Source: a virus
Length of the DNA: 64,000 bases
IMG/VR virus record: IMGVR_UViG_3300029286_003693
Span: 18,731 to 82,730 of that record
Reading direction: 5' to 3' (one strand)
Shown here: one piece after another, positions 43,760 to 52,737 of the stretch
Numbering within the stretch: position 1 is the stretch's first letter
How the letters are laid out: each line of letters opens with the position of its first letter
The notes under the pieces: model-generated
Seen by the model: the letters and a program-made list of their open reading frames with translations, nothing else
Databases searched by the model: none
What the model was told of the DNA's origin: nothing
Made by a program: the position numbers and the translations under genes

Positions 43760-45093
43760 GCGGCCCACCCCGATAGCACCTGCCTGGTTCCTTGTTTCTG
43801 AATCCTCTTTGCCTTATACCCAACGGCAAATGTCCTGAAAGAATCCGCCCCGTGAGAGCAGTGGTCATGCAGCGGTGTCCGCTTGAGAATCTTTTTTTCT
43901 TCGTCGTATTCGGCCCTGTAGCCTTCCAAAGCCGATATGCCGGGTGAACACTTGCGTTCGTCAAACCAACACGAGCCAAGGGCGTTTCTGACGGCCTCGA
44001 TGCCGTTCATGACGGCGTCCGTGTTCCGGGGGCGCTCAACGACGATGATGGGCTTGATCCCCAGCTCCTCGGCTACCTCAACCCTGGACTTCGCGTGCTC
44101 CCCGGCGGACATTTCTCGTACCGCTGCGTCGTGGGGCATATAGTGATCACCGTAAACATAGGGCTTCTCTTTCAGGATCTTGGCGTAGTGAGCCAGGCCC
44201 ATGCCACTGTTCTCGTAATAATCGATGCACCTGGTCTCCTTGCCGATGAACTGCGCGAACCAGATCGTCATGCTGTCGTCCACACCCAGATCCCAGAACG
44301 TGTAGACCTCGGCGCCAGTCTCGTAGGGCACGCGGGTGATGCGGCCCTCCTTGTGAGCCAGCGCCATCTGCTTGCCGTAGTACGCGCCCATCACTGCGCC
44401 CTGGAACGAGCAGAAATACTCCTGCTGAAACATAGCCTCGCCCATCTCTTCGCCGAACGTTCCAACCAGCTCGGCACGGATCTCCTCCAATTTCACCTTG
44501 GTGAAGACAGGGGTGTCATCTGCGGTCAGGACTTGAGCGAACCAACCGGGTGTGATGCGGGCGAAATCCAACATTGTTTTCAGATGATTGTCGCCGCGGG
44601 ATGTGCTGATGAACGCGGCCCAGCCGCCATTTTCTTCGAGTATCGGGGAAAGGTAAGCCCATGACTGCGGGTTTGATAGCGCGTATTCGGAGAAGACGAT
44701 GCCGATCGGTGGGCTGCCGACCAAGGCATTGTAATTGTCGGAGCCCACAAGCTGCCAGGAAGAGCCGCCAACGAGGCCAATGTACATATCGGTGCTTCTC
44801 GTACTGGTCCTCATCTCCATCGGAAACGCCTCGTCGATCCTCTTCATGCCTGTGCGGGGGTTGACGGCTTCCCAAATCGCCTTACGGCACTGATTGAACT
44901 GTGGGAGCATGTGCCAGTAGTTTCCGACACGCTCCTGCGATGCCGTGGCGGTGAAGTGAAGGGCAATATCATCCTTCCCCCAGCGACGATGGGCGACCTC
45001 GACGGCACGCTTCCCACCATTCTCCAGGTAATCCCAGAGGGCGATCTGATCGTCGCGGGGTTCCCACCCGTTATGAGGTAGCTCGACTCCCAT
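43756..45093 (-). CDS. terL: Terminase large subunit
   Basis: HRRWGKD Walker A variant, IVFSEY, ISTSRG, WDLGVDD, SHGADSFR nuclease motif. Confidence 0.92.
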   Translation of the reverse strand: MGVELPHNGWEPRDDQIALWDYLENGGKRAVEVAHRRWGKDDIALHFTATASQERVGNYWHMLPQFNQCRKAIWEAVNPRTGMKRIDEAFPMEMRTSTRSTDMYIGLVGGSSWQLVGSDNYNALVGSPPIGIVFSEYALSNPQSWAYLSPILEENGGWAAFISTSRGDNHLKTMLDFARITPGWFAQVLTADDTPVFTKVKLEEIRAELVGTFGEEMGEAMFQQEYFCSFQGAVMGAYYGKQMALAHKEGRITRVPYETGAEVYTFWDLGVDDSMTIWFAQFIGKETRCIDYYENSGMGLAHYAKILKEKPYVYGDHYMPHDAAVREMSAGEHAKSRVEVAEELGIKPIIVVERPRNTDAVMNGIEAVRNALGSCWFDERKCSPGISALEGYRAEYDEEKKILKRTPLHDHCSHGADSFRTFAVGYKAKRIQKQGTRQVLSGWAA

Positions 45094-45802
45094 CGGTATC
45101 CTTCGCCGTCTTCCGGCTGCAGAACTTCTTGATCGTGATCTGGACCGGCTGTTTGAGGTCAACCTCGGTTTTGTCGTGCAGGAGCCCCAGGTGCCGGGCC
45201 AACAGCTCCAGGGATTTCACCTTGTCGCAGAGCTCGAACTCGAACGTCGCGTCGAGGATCTGATCACCATCCGGGTTGTCCTCAGTCCCCTTGGTGCTCC
45301 GAATGACGCGCTTTTCTTTGACCTTCTTGATGATCCGGCTCTTCCCCTCAGCCATGGTTTCCAGTGGTATCGCCTGGACCAGGCCGCTTTCATCGATCTC
45401 GACGAAATCCTTCATGTCTGCGAAGCCGACACGGGCGAGCTCTTCCAGAACCTGATCGGCAGTAAAGGTGATCCGTGCCTTCTGCTTTTCAATTTCGGTG
45501 TCGATTGCGGCTTTTATGACTGGTTTTGACAGGTTTTCGGTTGCTATCTTGCGAGCCGTGCGAACGCTGTAACCGGCCCGAATCGCGGCTTGTGTAGCGT
45601 TTTTATCCACCAAAAATTCGAGGATAAAAAGTTGCTGCTTTGCAGATAGTGTCAGGTTTGATACAGGTTTCGACAGATTTGAGGCAGATTTTGACAGGTT
45701 TGGTGTAGGTTTGGAACTGGTCTTGGTAGTATTAGCGCATATTTTGGCCCTCCCCTTCGGGGTGGTCTTTTGGCGGGTGGGTTTTGATTTCAATGGTTTC
45801 AT
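45071..45802 (-). CDS. terS: Terminase small subunit (start uncertain)
   Basis: KQQLFILEFLVDKNATQAAIRAGYS...DKVKSLELLARHLG. Confidence 0.9.
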   Translation of the reverse strand: MKPLKSKPTRQKTTPKGRAKICANTTKTSSKPTPNLSKSASNLSKPVSNLTLSAKQQLFILEFLVDKNATQAAIRAGYSVRTARKIATENLSKPVIKAAIDTEIEKQKARITFTADQVLEELARVGFADMKDFVEIDESGLVQAIPLETMAEGKSRIIKKVKEKRVIRSTKGTEDNPDGDQILDATFEFELCDKVKSLELLARHLGLLHDKTEVDLKQPVQITIKKFCSRKTAKDTDGSRATS

Positions 45803-45927
45803 GGCCCCATTGGAACAGAAAACCAACCCGAACGATAGAACCCCAATAGGGGATACCGTAGGGGTACAATCCCGGACAGATTTATTGGTTCCTCCGATTT
45901 AAGCATCCTTGTGAAAAATATGTAGCA

Positions 45928-46063
45928 AGCTGAAGTCAGTAAAACGTCAACCTTGAGAAAAATGCCTTGAGAAAAATGCTTGCTTTCGACCGGATATAGT
46001 GGATATTCTATTGTCCAAAAGGCGGGTGCAGCGAAGTATGGACAGCTGAAAGCAGTAAAACGT
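45928..46063. repeat. Direct repeats upstream of terS
   Basis: CCTTGAGAAAAATG x2 in tandem (45951-45978); AGCTGAA(GT/AG)CAGTAAAACGT at 45928 and 46044. Confidence 0.6.
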
Positions 46064-46589
46064 TTAGCCCGAGGGAACTGCAAGCTTTCAAGTGGAAAGC
46101 ATTACCTGATGACCCTGAATAAAATTGACTTAATGCTTGGGAGTAGAGTAGTAACGGACTCATAAACAAACGAACGATTCTGATTCTCATAATTATTCAT
46201 CTTTGGATATCTTGGGGTGGGTTAATGTTTCAGGTAATCAATAATATCTCTAATATGAATAGATCCCTCCAAAAAGCGGCAGTCAATACCCCCCCCCCCC
46301 CGACGCTCTAACATACTGTATTATAAAGACATTATCGTTACGCCACATTTGTGGGATGCCACCCACCGGTTTGATGCAGCCGGCGCGGCAGTTGTGTCAG
46401 TTTCAGCCCCGCTCCTTACGAACATCCGCACATCCTGCACCGTTATCGTATGACCGGCTGCGTTGCTTTGCGACGGATTCTGCCGAGTACAACCCATTGC
46501 CGAATCGACCGGCGTATGGCCATCCATCAGATCGAAATGCGGATGTTCTTTTGCAACATACTGAATCCGAATCAGGAGGGCTTTGATTA

Positions 46590-46937
46590 ATGCATGACTC
46601 GATTGATTTACCCGATGATTTGCGCGGGTTCATTGATTCTTCGCAATGGACGTTTTTCAGAACGATGCCGGAATGGCCCCACGAGTATATTGTCCGAGAG
46701 GGGGTAAACGAGAAGCTCTTTTTGCGGTTGGTTAGCCACATTCGAGCCAACGGATACGAGGGGAAGTTCCATTTGACAAACATTACCTGCTATGATGATA
46801 AAGGAATGGTTTACTGGACAACGGAGGGACCGGTTGATGACAGGATTATCATCAACCGTTGCAAGAAAGAGGACTCATATGAGTACCGGCGGCTAAAAGG
46901 TACGCTACCGGAATCGAAGATTATCGTAGGCGAATAG
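46590..46937 (+). CDS. Hypothetical protein (moron, opposite orientation to flanking genes)
   Basis: 115 aa; WTFFRTMPEWPHEYIVR...YWT...IINR; AGGAGG RBS. Confidence 0.75.
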   Translation: MHDSIDLPDDLRGFIDSSQWTFFRTMPEWPHEYIVREGVNEKLFLRLVSHIRANGYEGKFHLTNITCYDDKGMVYWTTEGPVDDRIIINRCKKEDSYEYRRLKGTLPESKIIVGE

Positions 46938-47161
46938 GCAGGTGCCGATTAATGCTTCACAGGCGGCTGACCAGTGCCTTTATTCCTTTGAGATTCATAA
47001 TGCTCGATTTATATGAATAGCATCTGTTAGCTCACATAGCATCGAGACGAGCCATCGTTCGTGGGGGACCGCCATGGTCAGGAAGAAAAAAGACATACAA
47101 ATGCAGCAGATTCAGGTTCCGCCCATTAATCCCGGTGAGTTGCCACAACTCTCAGGAGAAT

Positions 47162-47545
47162 TTATTTATCCGCTACTGCCTCGTCATGTTGCTTCAGCCA
47201 TTCGTCGATCTCGACTTTATAGAAGACTGGCCTCCCGTCCACCCAATACCGGAGAGGAGCCCTGTAACGCTTGATCCACCGTTTCGCTGACTTCCAGGAC
47301 CCGGCGTTGAGATACTTTCGGCACGCTTCCGGCCCGATGATCCAACCCATGGCGCAGTCGGCCATGCACTTCCTGACCAGCTTCTCCATCTGCGTATGGA
47401 ATTCCTTGTTCCAGGCATCCGACCACTCCTCGGCAGGCATTTCCCCTCTCGTTTTCCCACATTTTTTATTGGCTTTGTCTTCCGCCGCGGGGATCACCCC
47501 TTCGCGCATCTCGATATAATCCTTGTTGATCTTGGCTTTCGGCAT
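47162..47545 (-). CDS. HTH DNA-binding protein (excisionase/AlpA-like C-terminus); possible late-gene regulator
   Basis: IIGPEACRKYL...SWKSAKRWI...GRPVFYKVEIDEWL; last gene before the late region. Confidence 0.6.
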   Translation of the reverse strand: MPKAKINKDYIEMREGVIPAAEDKANKKCGKTRGEMPAEEWSDAWNKEFHTQMEKLVRKCMADCAMGWIIGPEACRKYLNAGSWKSAKRWIKRYRAPLRYWVDGRPVFYKVEIDEWLKQHDEAVADK

Positions 47546-47618
47546 CTGCTTCTCCTTCTGGGCTTACCGCTATTAAATTCACTCCGTTATTTTAAGATTC
47601 CGAAGAGTGCACTAATTA

Positions 47619-47771
47619 TCCTTGCCTTGCCGAGCCACACCCGGCCTCGCCACACTGAGCCATGTCTAACAGTGCCTGTCCTTGCCAGAACTACCCCAAC
47701 CCAATCTCGCCTTGCCCAACCACATCCTGCCTTATCCTGCCGCACCTGGCCCCGCCATGCCAAAACTTGCC
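47619..47771 (-). repeat. (GGY-NN)n pentamer array C, 31 units; candidate guide RNA
   Basis: Unbroken 5-nt phase; 20 of 31 trimers are exactly GGY and the rest differ by one base; starts 2 nt after a stop codon. Confidence 0.9.
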
Positions 47772-48204
47772 GACTACCGGAACGCCTCCAATGTCTTCAC
47801 ATACGGAAGCTGATCTTGAGTCTCTTGCACTCTTGCTTCGATCTTTTTGATGCTGCTACCCTTCGTCATCACAGCCATGACTCCCAGCACAGACGCATAA
47901 GTGTTTAGCCTGACCTTCTCCTCATTCGGCATGATCGACATATCGGATATACAGGCCATCCGATTGAGAGACCTCCTGGTCGTTCGTTTGATATGGGCAA
48001 TGCTGAATGCGCCCGTGTTGATAATCTCGGTATCATCCTGTAACCCCGCACATTATTTTGATTGAAGCGGGTATCTTTTTATCACGATGTTTTGTATGAG
48101 AGGCAGAGTCGTGCACATTGATTTGATCATAAAGAAAGAGGGCAACCGAAGGTTGATTGGTTTGGCCGCCATCCCCGTTGGTTACCCTCTCAGAAAGCGG
48201 TATC

Positions 48205-48660
48205 TTGATACTACACCTTGCGGTCGATGTAAAGGTTTTATTCGAGAGGGGGAAGAGGTTCCCATGGTTGAAGCATTTGCGGTGCCCTCGATGTGGGAGC
48301 GCGAGACTATGGGGGCACGGATTTGCGGAGCGATATTTTGAGGGATTCGGCAAGTGTTTATGGGTGAAGCGGTTCCGCTGTCCGGATTGTCTTGCCATCC
48401 ATACCTGCCGGCCATTGGGATTTTTGAAAGGTTTTCGATATTCTGCCGGCGTGATCCGTTCAAGTCTGTTGAAAAAGATTACGGAGAACGCCTGGGTCAG
48501 AGGCGTTGTGCGGCAGAACCAGCAGTACTGGTTTCGTTGTCTTCGGTTTCGGATCTCCGGTCGCTGTAATGTGAACAAGCCCGCCATCGATTCCATCGCG
48601 TTATTTTTTTCCGAGAGAATCTTTCCCGTGACAGAACATTTTGCGCCGCTGCGCATATGA
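48205..48660 (+). CDS. Cys-rich accessory protein of the element (DUF6431-like); start uncertain
   Basis: CPRC...HGFAER...KRFRCPDC...HT. Confidence 0.7.
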   Translation: MILHLAVDVKVLFERGKRFPWLKHLRCPRCGSARLWGHGFAERYFEGFGKCLWVKRFRCPDCLAIHTCRPLGFLKGFRYSAGVIRSSLLKKITENAWVRGVVRQNQQYWFRCLRFRISGRCNVNKPAIDSIALFFSERIFPVTEHFAPLRI

Positions 48661-48743
48661 TGGTTTCCCCACCTTCTTCTTGCGTCGATAAGTCCATGAC
48701 GCCTCTGGTATGGGTAGCGAAAATCTTTCAGGAGGTGTTTGCT

Positions 48744-50057
48744 ATGGACGAAGAAGGAAAAAGACGGATTGCGCAGTTTCGGTTCGGGGTGATTCACGAT
48801 CTGATCGGTGACAGGAAGCTGAGTCGAGGAGAGCAAAAGAGGCTTCTTCGGGAGAAGTCTTCCTGCACATGGGAGATCCCCGGTTCCGGACGGAGTTACA
48901 TCAGCGCCTCGACGATCCTGAGTTGGACCAGACGGTATGAAAAGGGAGGCCGCAGGATCGAGAGCCTCTACCCGGAAGCCCGGTGCGATCGAGGACGGCC
49001 CCGTATCCTCGACGATGAAACGATCCTTTCCCTGGTGGAGCTCAAAAAACAGATGAAGGAGGTCTCCCTGCCGGTCATCCTGCGAGAGGCAAAACTCCGG
49101 AAGATCTTTCATCCGGGGATCAAGGTTCATCCCGCCACCATTTACCGCCTGTTCAAAGAACGGGGTTTGATGAAGCGGGAAGAAGTTCGGATAGATCGCA
49201 GACGCTTCGAGGCGGAACTGCCCAACGACATCTGGCAGTCCGACGGCATGCACGGCCCCCGGATCACTCACGAAGGGAAAGAAAGAAAAACCTATCTGTT
49301 CGCTTTCATCGACGACATGAGCCGGCTGATCTGCCACGCAGAGTTTTTCTGCCATGAGCGGGTGGAACATTACACCGCCGCCTTGAGAGTCGCCCTTGCG
49401 AAACGGGGCTTGCCGAGGAAGCTCTATGTGGACAACGGCCCCGCCTTTCGATCTCATCTGCTGGCTCACGCCACTGCTTCTCTGGGCATTGCCCTGATTC
49501 ACTCCACCCCCTACCAGCCCCAGGGCCGGGGAAAAATCGAACGGTTCTTCCGCACCCTGCGCATGCAGTTTCTCAGTACATGCCCCGAGGGGCTTTCCCT
49601 GGAAAAACTCAATGACGGCCTCAACCGATGGCTCGACGAGCAGTATAACGTCACCATACATTCCAGCACGAAGCAGACACCCTTGAACCGCTATCTCAAA
49701 CATGCCCATCTGCTCCGGGAAGCCCCGAAAGATTTAAATGATTACTTCCGCATCCGTACCACCCGAAAGGTGGATCGGGACCGAACCGTTTCGCTTAACG
49801 GCATGCTCTATGAAGCCCCGATCCCTCTGATCGACAAGACGATCACTCTGCTGTATCATGATGGCGACCCCGCACGAATCGAGGCCTTCCATGAGAGCGT
49901 CTCCCACGGCATGCTCGTTCCCCTGGACATGAAGATCAACTGCCGAATCCGAAGAGAACACCACATCGTCAAACTTCTATCATCGGAGCAAGCCCCGGAA
50001 GAACAACCCAAATACACCGGCGGAAAACTCTTCGGGGAGGTGGACCATGGGCTATAA
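48744..50057 (+). CDS. DDE transposase/integrase (rve core, Mu-like C-terminus)
   Basis: WQSD, FIDDMSR, YVDNG, GKIERFF; AGGAGG RBS. Confidence 0.95.
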   Translation: MDEEGKRRIAQFRFGVIHDLIGDRKLSRGEQKRLLREKSSCTWEIPGSGRSYISASTILSWTRRYEKGGRRIESLYPEARCDRGRPRILDDETILSLVELKKQMKEVSLPVILREAKLRKIFHPGIKVHPATIYRLFKERGLMKREEVRIDRRRFEAELPNDIWQSDGMHGPRITHEGKERKTYLFAFIDDMSRLICHAEFFCHERVEHYTAALRVALAKRGLPRKLYVDNGPAFRSHLLAHATASLGIALIHSTPYQPQGRGKIERFFRTLRMQFLSTCPEGLSLEKLNDGLNRWLDEQYNVTIHSSTKQTPLNRYLKHAHLLREAPKDLNDYFRIRTTRKVDRDRTVSLNGMLYEAPIPLIDKTITLLYHDGDPARIEAFHESVSHGMLVPLDMKINCRIRREHHIVKLLSSEQAPEEQPKYTGGKLFGEVDHGL

Positions 50058-50847
50058 AACCTTCTTCAGCTTCCAGAAAGAACCCTTCTCTCAAGATATC
50101 CGCGTGGAAGATCTCTACCCCCTGCCGGGTCTCCAGGCCGCCTCGGAACGCCTCCTTTATGCCCTTTCCCTCGGCGCCGCCTCCATCATCACCGGCGACG
50201 TGGGAAGCGGCAAATCCACAGCCCTCAGATACGCCACCGCCAAACTCCACCCTTCTCAGTACAAGGTCGTCTCGGTCATCGCCTCCACCGGCTCCATGGC
50301 CGACACCCTTAGGCAAATCTGCAATGGCTTCGATCTGGATGGGCAAACCAACTCACTTGCCAGGCTCACCAAAACCCTGCGCACAGCCATCCTGGAAATC
50401 TCCCAGAGAAAGCAGATCCCCGTATTGATCATCGATGAGGCCTCTCTGATGAGGCTGGAAATCTTCGCCCAGCTCCACACCTTAAGCCAGTTCGACATGG
50501 ATTCCAAACCCCTGCTCCCGATCGTCCTGGCAGGCCAAAACAACCTCGTCGACAAGCTCATGTTCCATGCCTCAAGACCTCTGGCTTCCCGAATCATCGG
50601 CAGAAGCCATCTTGAAGGCCTTAAATACAAAGATATGGCGGGATACATCCAGCACCACCTGAAGATCGCCGGCAGTAAAGACCAATTGTTCTGTGATGAA
50701 GCCATACTCGCCATCCACCAAGGCTCAGGCGGCCTCCTCAGAAGGGCCAACCTCCTGGCAAAAGGAGCCCTCATGGCCGCGGCGAATGAAAAATGCCAGC
50801 TCGTTTCACCAGAACATGTCAGAATGGCGTCCACCGAAATCATGTGA
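50047..50847 (+). CDS. ExeA-like AAA+ ATPase (transposition helper)
   Basis: GDVGSGKS Walker A, LIIDEA Walker B, LAGQ. Confidence 0.93.
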   Translation: MGYKTFFSFQKEPFSQDIRVEDLYPLPGLQAASERLLYALSLGAASIITGDVGSGKSTALRYATAKLHPSQYKVVSVIASTGSMADTLRQICNGFDLDGQTNSLARLTKTLRTAILEISQRKQIPVLIIDEASLMRLEIFAQLHTLSQFDMDSKPLLPIVLAGQNNLVDKLMFHASRPLASRIIGRSHLEGLKYKDMAGYIQHHLKIAGSKDQLFCDEAILAIHQGSGGLLRRANLLAKGALMAAANEKCQLVSPEHVRMASTEIM

Positions 50848-51211
50848 AAAGAACACCAAACACCGGAAGGGATAACCCATCCCTTCCGGTCAATCTCTAT
50901 TGCAAAACATCAAACGATTGTAAGATTATCGAGTCAATTTATTGTGCGACGTTACACATCCAGGCGTTTCAGCCCCTGGTTGATTACCACGCCGAATATC
51001 TTCCCATCTTCACGTTCTGCCATGCTGCGGGCCGTGTTGAGAAAACCACGCCCTTCCTTCTGGACATCCCGCCCGATAATCCCATTAAGCTCTTCGTATG
51101 TGACAAAATCTCCGATGTCCATCTCCGCCAACCGCTGATACATCAACCTTGCGTCCGCGCTTGCCTCCCTGATCCATTTCTTTTCCATTCCCCTCCCCTT
51201 CCTGTTAGAAA

Positions 51212-51309
51212 ACCTTGCCTAGCCTCACTGTTCCACGCCCTGCCAAGCCACGCCTTGACGCGCCCAGTCTAATCTTTCCTTGCCGAGCCGCTCCCAGCCC
51301 AGCCCTGTC
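51212..51309 (-). repeat. (GGY-NN)n pentamer array B, 20 units; candidate guide RNA
   Basis: Unbroken 5-nt phase; 12 of 20 exact GGY; starts 2 nt after the Cas7-like stop codon. Confidence 0.9.
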
Positions 51310-51311
51310 TT

Positions 51312-51869
51312 TTATCCCCAGACGATTTCCTTCACCTGAAATCGCCCGTAGAACCCGTTGTTCTGAGGTCTGAAACGCCCAATACCGATAAACTTGCCCG
51401 CCTCTTCAAGGTGTAGCCTGAAAACATCCTCGGTGATCGTCTCATCAAGAATGAAAAATGATACCGGGCCGGACCATACCGGGATAACCGGGAAGCATCT
51501 CTTGACCCGCTTTCCGCCTCCACGCCTCCCATCCGACGGGACGAAATACCACTCACCCGCCACGTCTTCCTTTTTGACTGGCAAGACAAGAGCCTCAGTT
51601 ACCAGCACCCCTGCTTCTATGTGCTTCGTGAAGGTCGATTTCCCCTTTCCGGGAATCTGGATTGACAGATACTTCGCCACCGACGACAGGCAATTCTTGA
51701 AGCTCATAGGAGGAATGAAAACATTACCCTGCTCATTTGCGTGCATTCTATCCCGCCACGTTCTCGTTTCGTAATCATCGGGCCTTTCCTTTTGGAGCTT
51801 TGCCGTCTCGTAGAACTTTGATTGACTGTAAGGACTGATGCTTTCCAACTGACAAATTGCTGTTTTCAT
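51312..51869 (-). CDS. Stand-alone RAMP/Cas7-like protein
   Basis: 185 aa; N-terminal strand ending in SP, FIPPMSFKNCL, and C-terminal Gly-rich loop AGKFIGIGRFRPQNNGFYGRFQV characteristic of RAMP proteins. Confidence 0.75.
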   Translation of the reverse strand: MKTAICQLESISPYSQSKFYETAKLQKERPDDYETRTWRDRMHANEQGNVFIPPMSFKNCLSSVAKYLSIQIPGKGKSTFTKHIEAGVLVTEALVLPVKKEDVAGEWYFVPSDGRRGGGKRVKRCFPVIPVWSGPVSFFILDETITEDVFRLHLEEAGKFIGIGRFRPQNNGFYGRFQVKEIVWG

Positions 51870-51900
51870 AGATTTCCCCTCTCTCGTTTGTGATTAAATA

Positions 51901-51958
51901 ACCTTGCCTTGCCAAATCATACTATGCCCAGCCTTGCCTGGCCGCACCGAGCCTAACC
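51901..51958 (-). repeat. (GGY-NN)n pentamer array A, 12 units; candidate guide RNA
   Basis: GGT-TA GGC-TC GGT-GC GGC-CA GGC-AA GGC-TG GGC-AT AGT-AT GAT-TT GGC-AA GGC-AA GGT. Confidence 0.9.
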
Positions 51959-52198
51959 CTGACGAGTATTTTCGTCCCCTTTCTCCTCCTCGATCCTGAG
52001 CCCCCTCCGGCCAGCCCGAACAACTTGTGAGACGAACCGTCCGACCGACTCCGCCGCCAGGAGATCGGCGTACATTTCCGGCTGCACTCCAGCGTATTGA
52101 TAAATGCCGCCCGACTTGAATTCCACTTCCAGGACCTTCGTCTCCGCGTCGTACCCGACTGACTTCACATTTGTTGACTTAACCGGCTTTCTTTCCAT
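51953..52198 (-). CDS. KTSC domain protein
   Basis: MERKPVKSTNVKSVGYDAETKVLEVEFKSGGIYQYAGV...LLAAESVGRF. Confidence 0.9.
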   Translation of the reverse strand: MERKPVKSTNVKSVGYDAETKVLEVEFKSGGIYQYAGVQPEMYADLLAAESVGRFVSQVVRAGRRGLRIEEEKGDENTRQG

Positions 52199-52352
52199 TG
52201 CGTTCCCCCTTATTGTCGCACCCCGAACATATATCAGTTCCAGCCTCACAAGATTCTCCACATACATCACAGATATTCCCTGTGCCGTTGCACGTTAAGC
52301 AATCCGTATCTTTCGCCCCGTACCCCGATCCATCGCAATCTTGGCATTCCAT
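52179..52352 (-). CDS. Small Cys-rich zinc-finger protein (57 aa, below ORF-track cutoff)
   Basis: MECQDCDGSG...CLTCNGTG..CDVC...CSGC; GGAGGT RBS. Confidence 0.7.
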   Translation of the reverse strand: MECQDCDGSGYGAKDTDCLTCNGTGNICDVCGESCEAGTDICSGCDNKGERNGKKAG

Positions 52353-52368
52353 AACCACCTCCGTTGAC

Positions 52369-52737
52369 TTAGAAGTTCACGGCTTTCTTTCTAAAACTCT
52401 CCAGAATTCCCCTCAGTTCCACTCGCTTGGCGACATAGTCCATGTCTTTCACAGCCTCGGATGACCTCCGGCGAAGCTGATAGTATCGGTCTCCCATTCG
52501 TTCGACCATGAATTCCTTGAATAGCCTCGGGTGATTGTGTGCAAATCCGGTATGGCACTGCGTACAGAGGCCGATAACCGCCTCCGGGTCGAAGGCGGTA
52601 GCGAGCCGGTCGCGCTTGAATAAGTGATGACCAGCTTCGCCCAGTCTACTACACTCTGGGTTCTGGCAGCCCTTGTCTCTTGCGAGGGCGATCATCTGGA
52701 TCAGCTTATAGCAATCGTCTTTGGCTTTTGAACTCAT
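52369..52737 (-). CDS. NinG/Rap-like HNH-type nuclease
   Basis: RDKGCQNPEC...AGHH...LCTQCH; located after the replication genes. Confidence 0.7.
   Translation of the reverse strand: MSSKAKDDCYKLIQMIALARDKGCQNPECSRLGEAGHHLFKRDRLATAFDPEAVIGLCTQCHTGFAHNHPRLFKEFMVERMGDRYYQLRRRSSEAVKDMDYVAKRVELRGILESFRKKAVNF

Larger units (their letters stand above)
48039..50956 (+). mobile_element. 2,918-bp three-gene transposable element (Zn-finger ORF, DDE transposase, ExeA-like AAA ATPase)
   Basis: Imperfect terminal inverted repeats TGTAACCCCGCACA / TGTAACGTCGCACA; 5-bp target duplication CATCC at 48034-48038 and 50957-50961. Confidence 0.95.
47774..51188 (-). pseudogene. 163-aa accessory gene of the Cas7-like locus, interrupted by a transposable element
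   Basis: Joining 51188-50957 to 48033-47774 restores a 492-nt open frame (...QGLKRLD/DTEIINTGAF...TLEAFR*). Confidence 0.9.

Noticed and set aside
46008-46783. Short minus-strand ORFs upstream of terS
   Set aside because: No convincing RBS or protein motifs; partly antisense to the better-supported 46590-46937 gene
47396-47908. ORFs running across array C (also 50793-51272 across array B)
   Set aside because: Low-complexity Pro/Arg/Leu/Ala translations produced by the pentamer repeat, opposite to operon direction
48033-49709. 558-aa minus-strand ORF
   Set aside because: Antisense to the clearly recognisable DDE transposase
47619-51958. Canonical CRISPR array or simple microsatellite explanation for the pentamer arrays
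   Set aside because: No 25-45 bp repeats with spacers and no cas1/cas2; the NN positions are diverse rather than homogenised as slippage would produce
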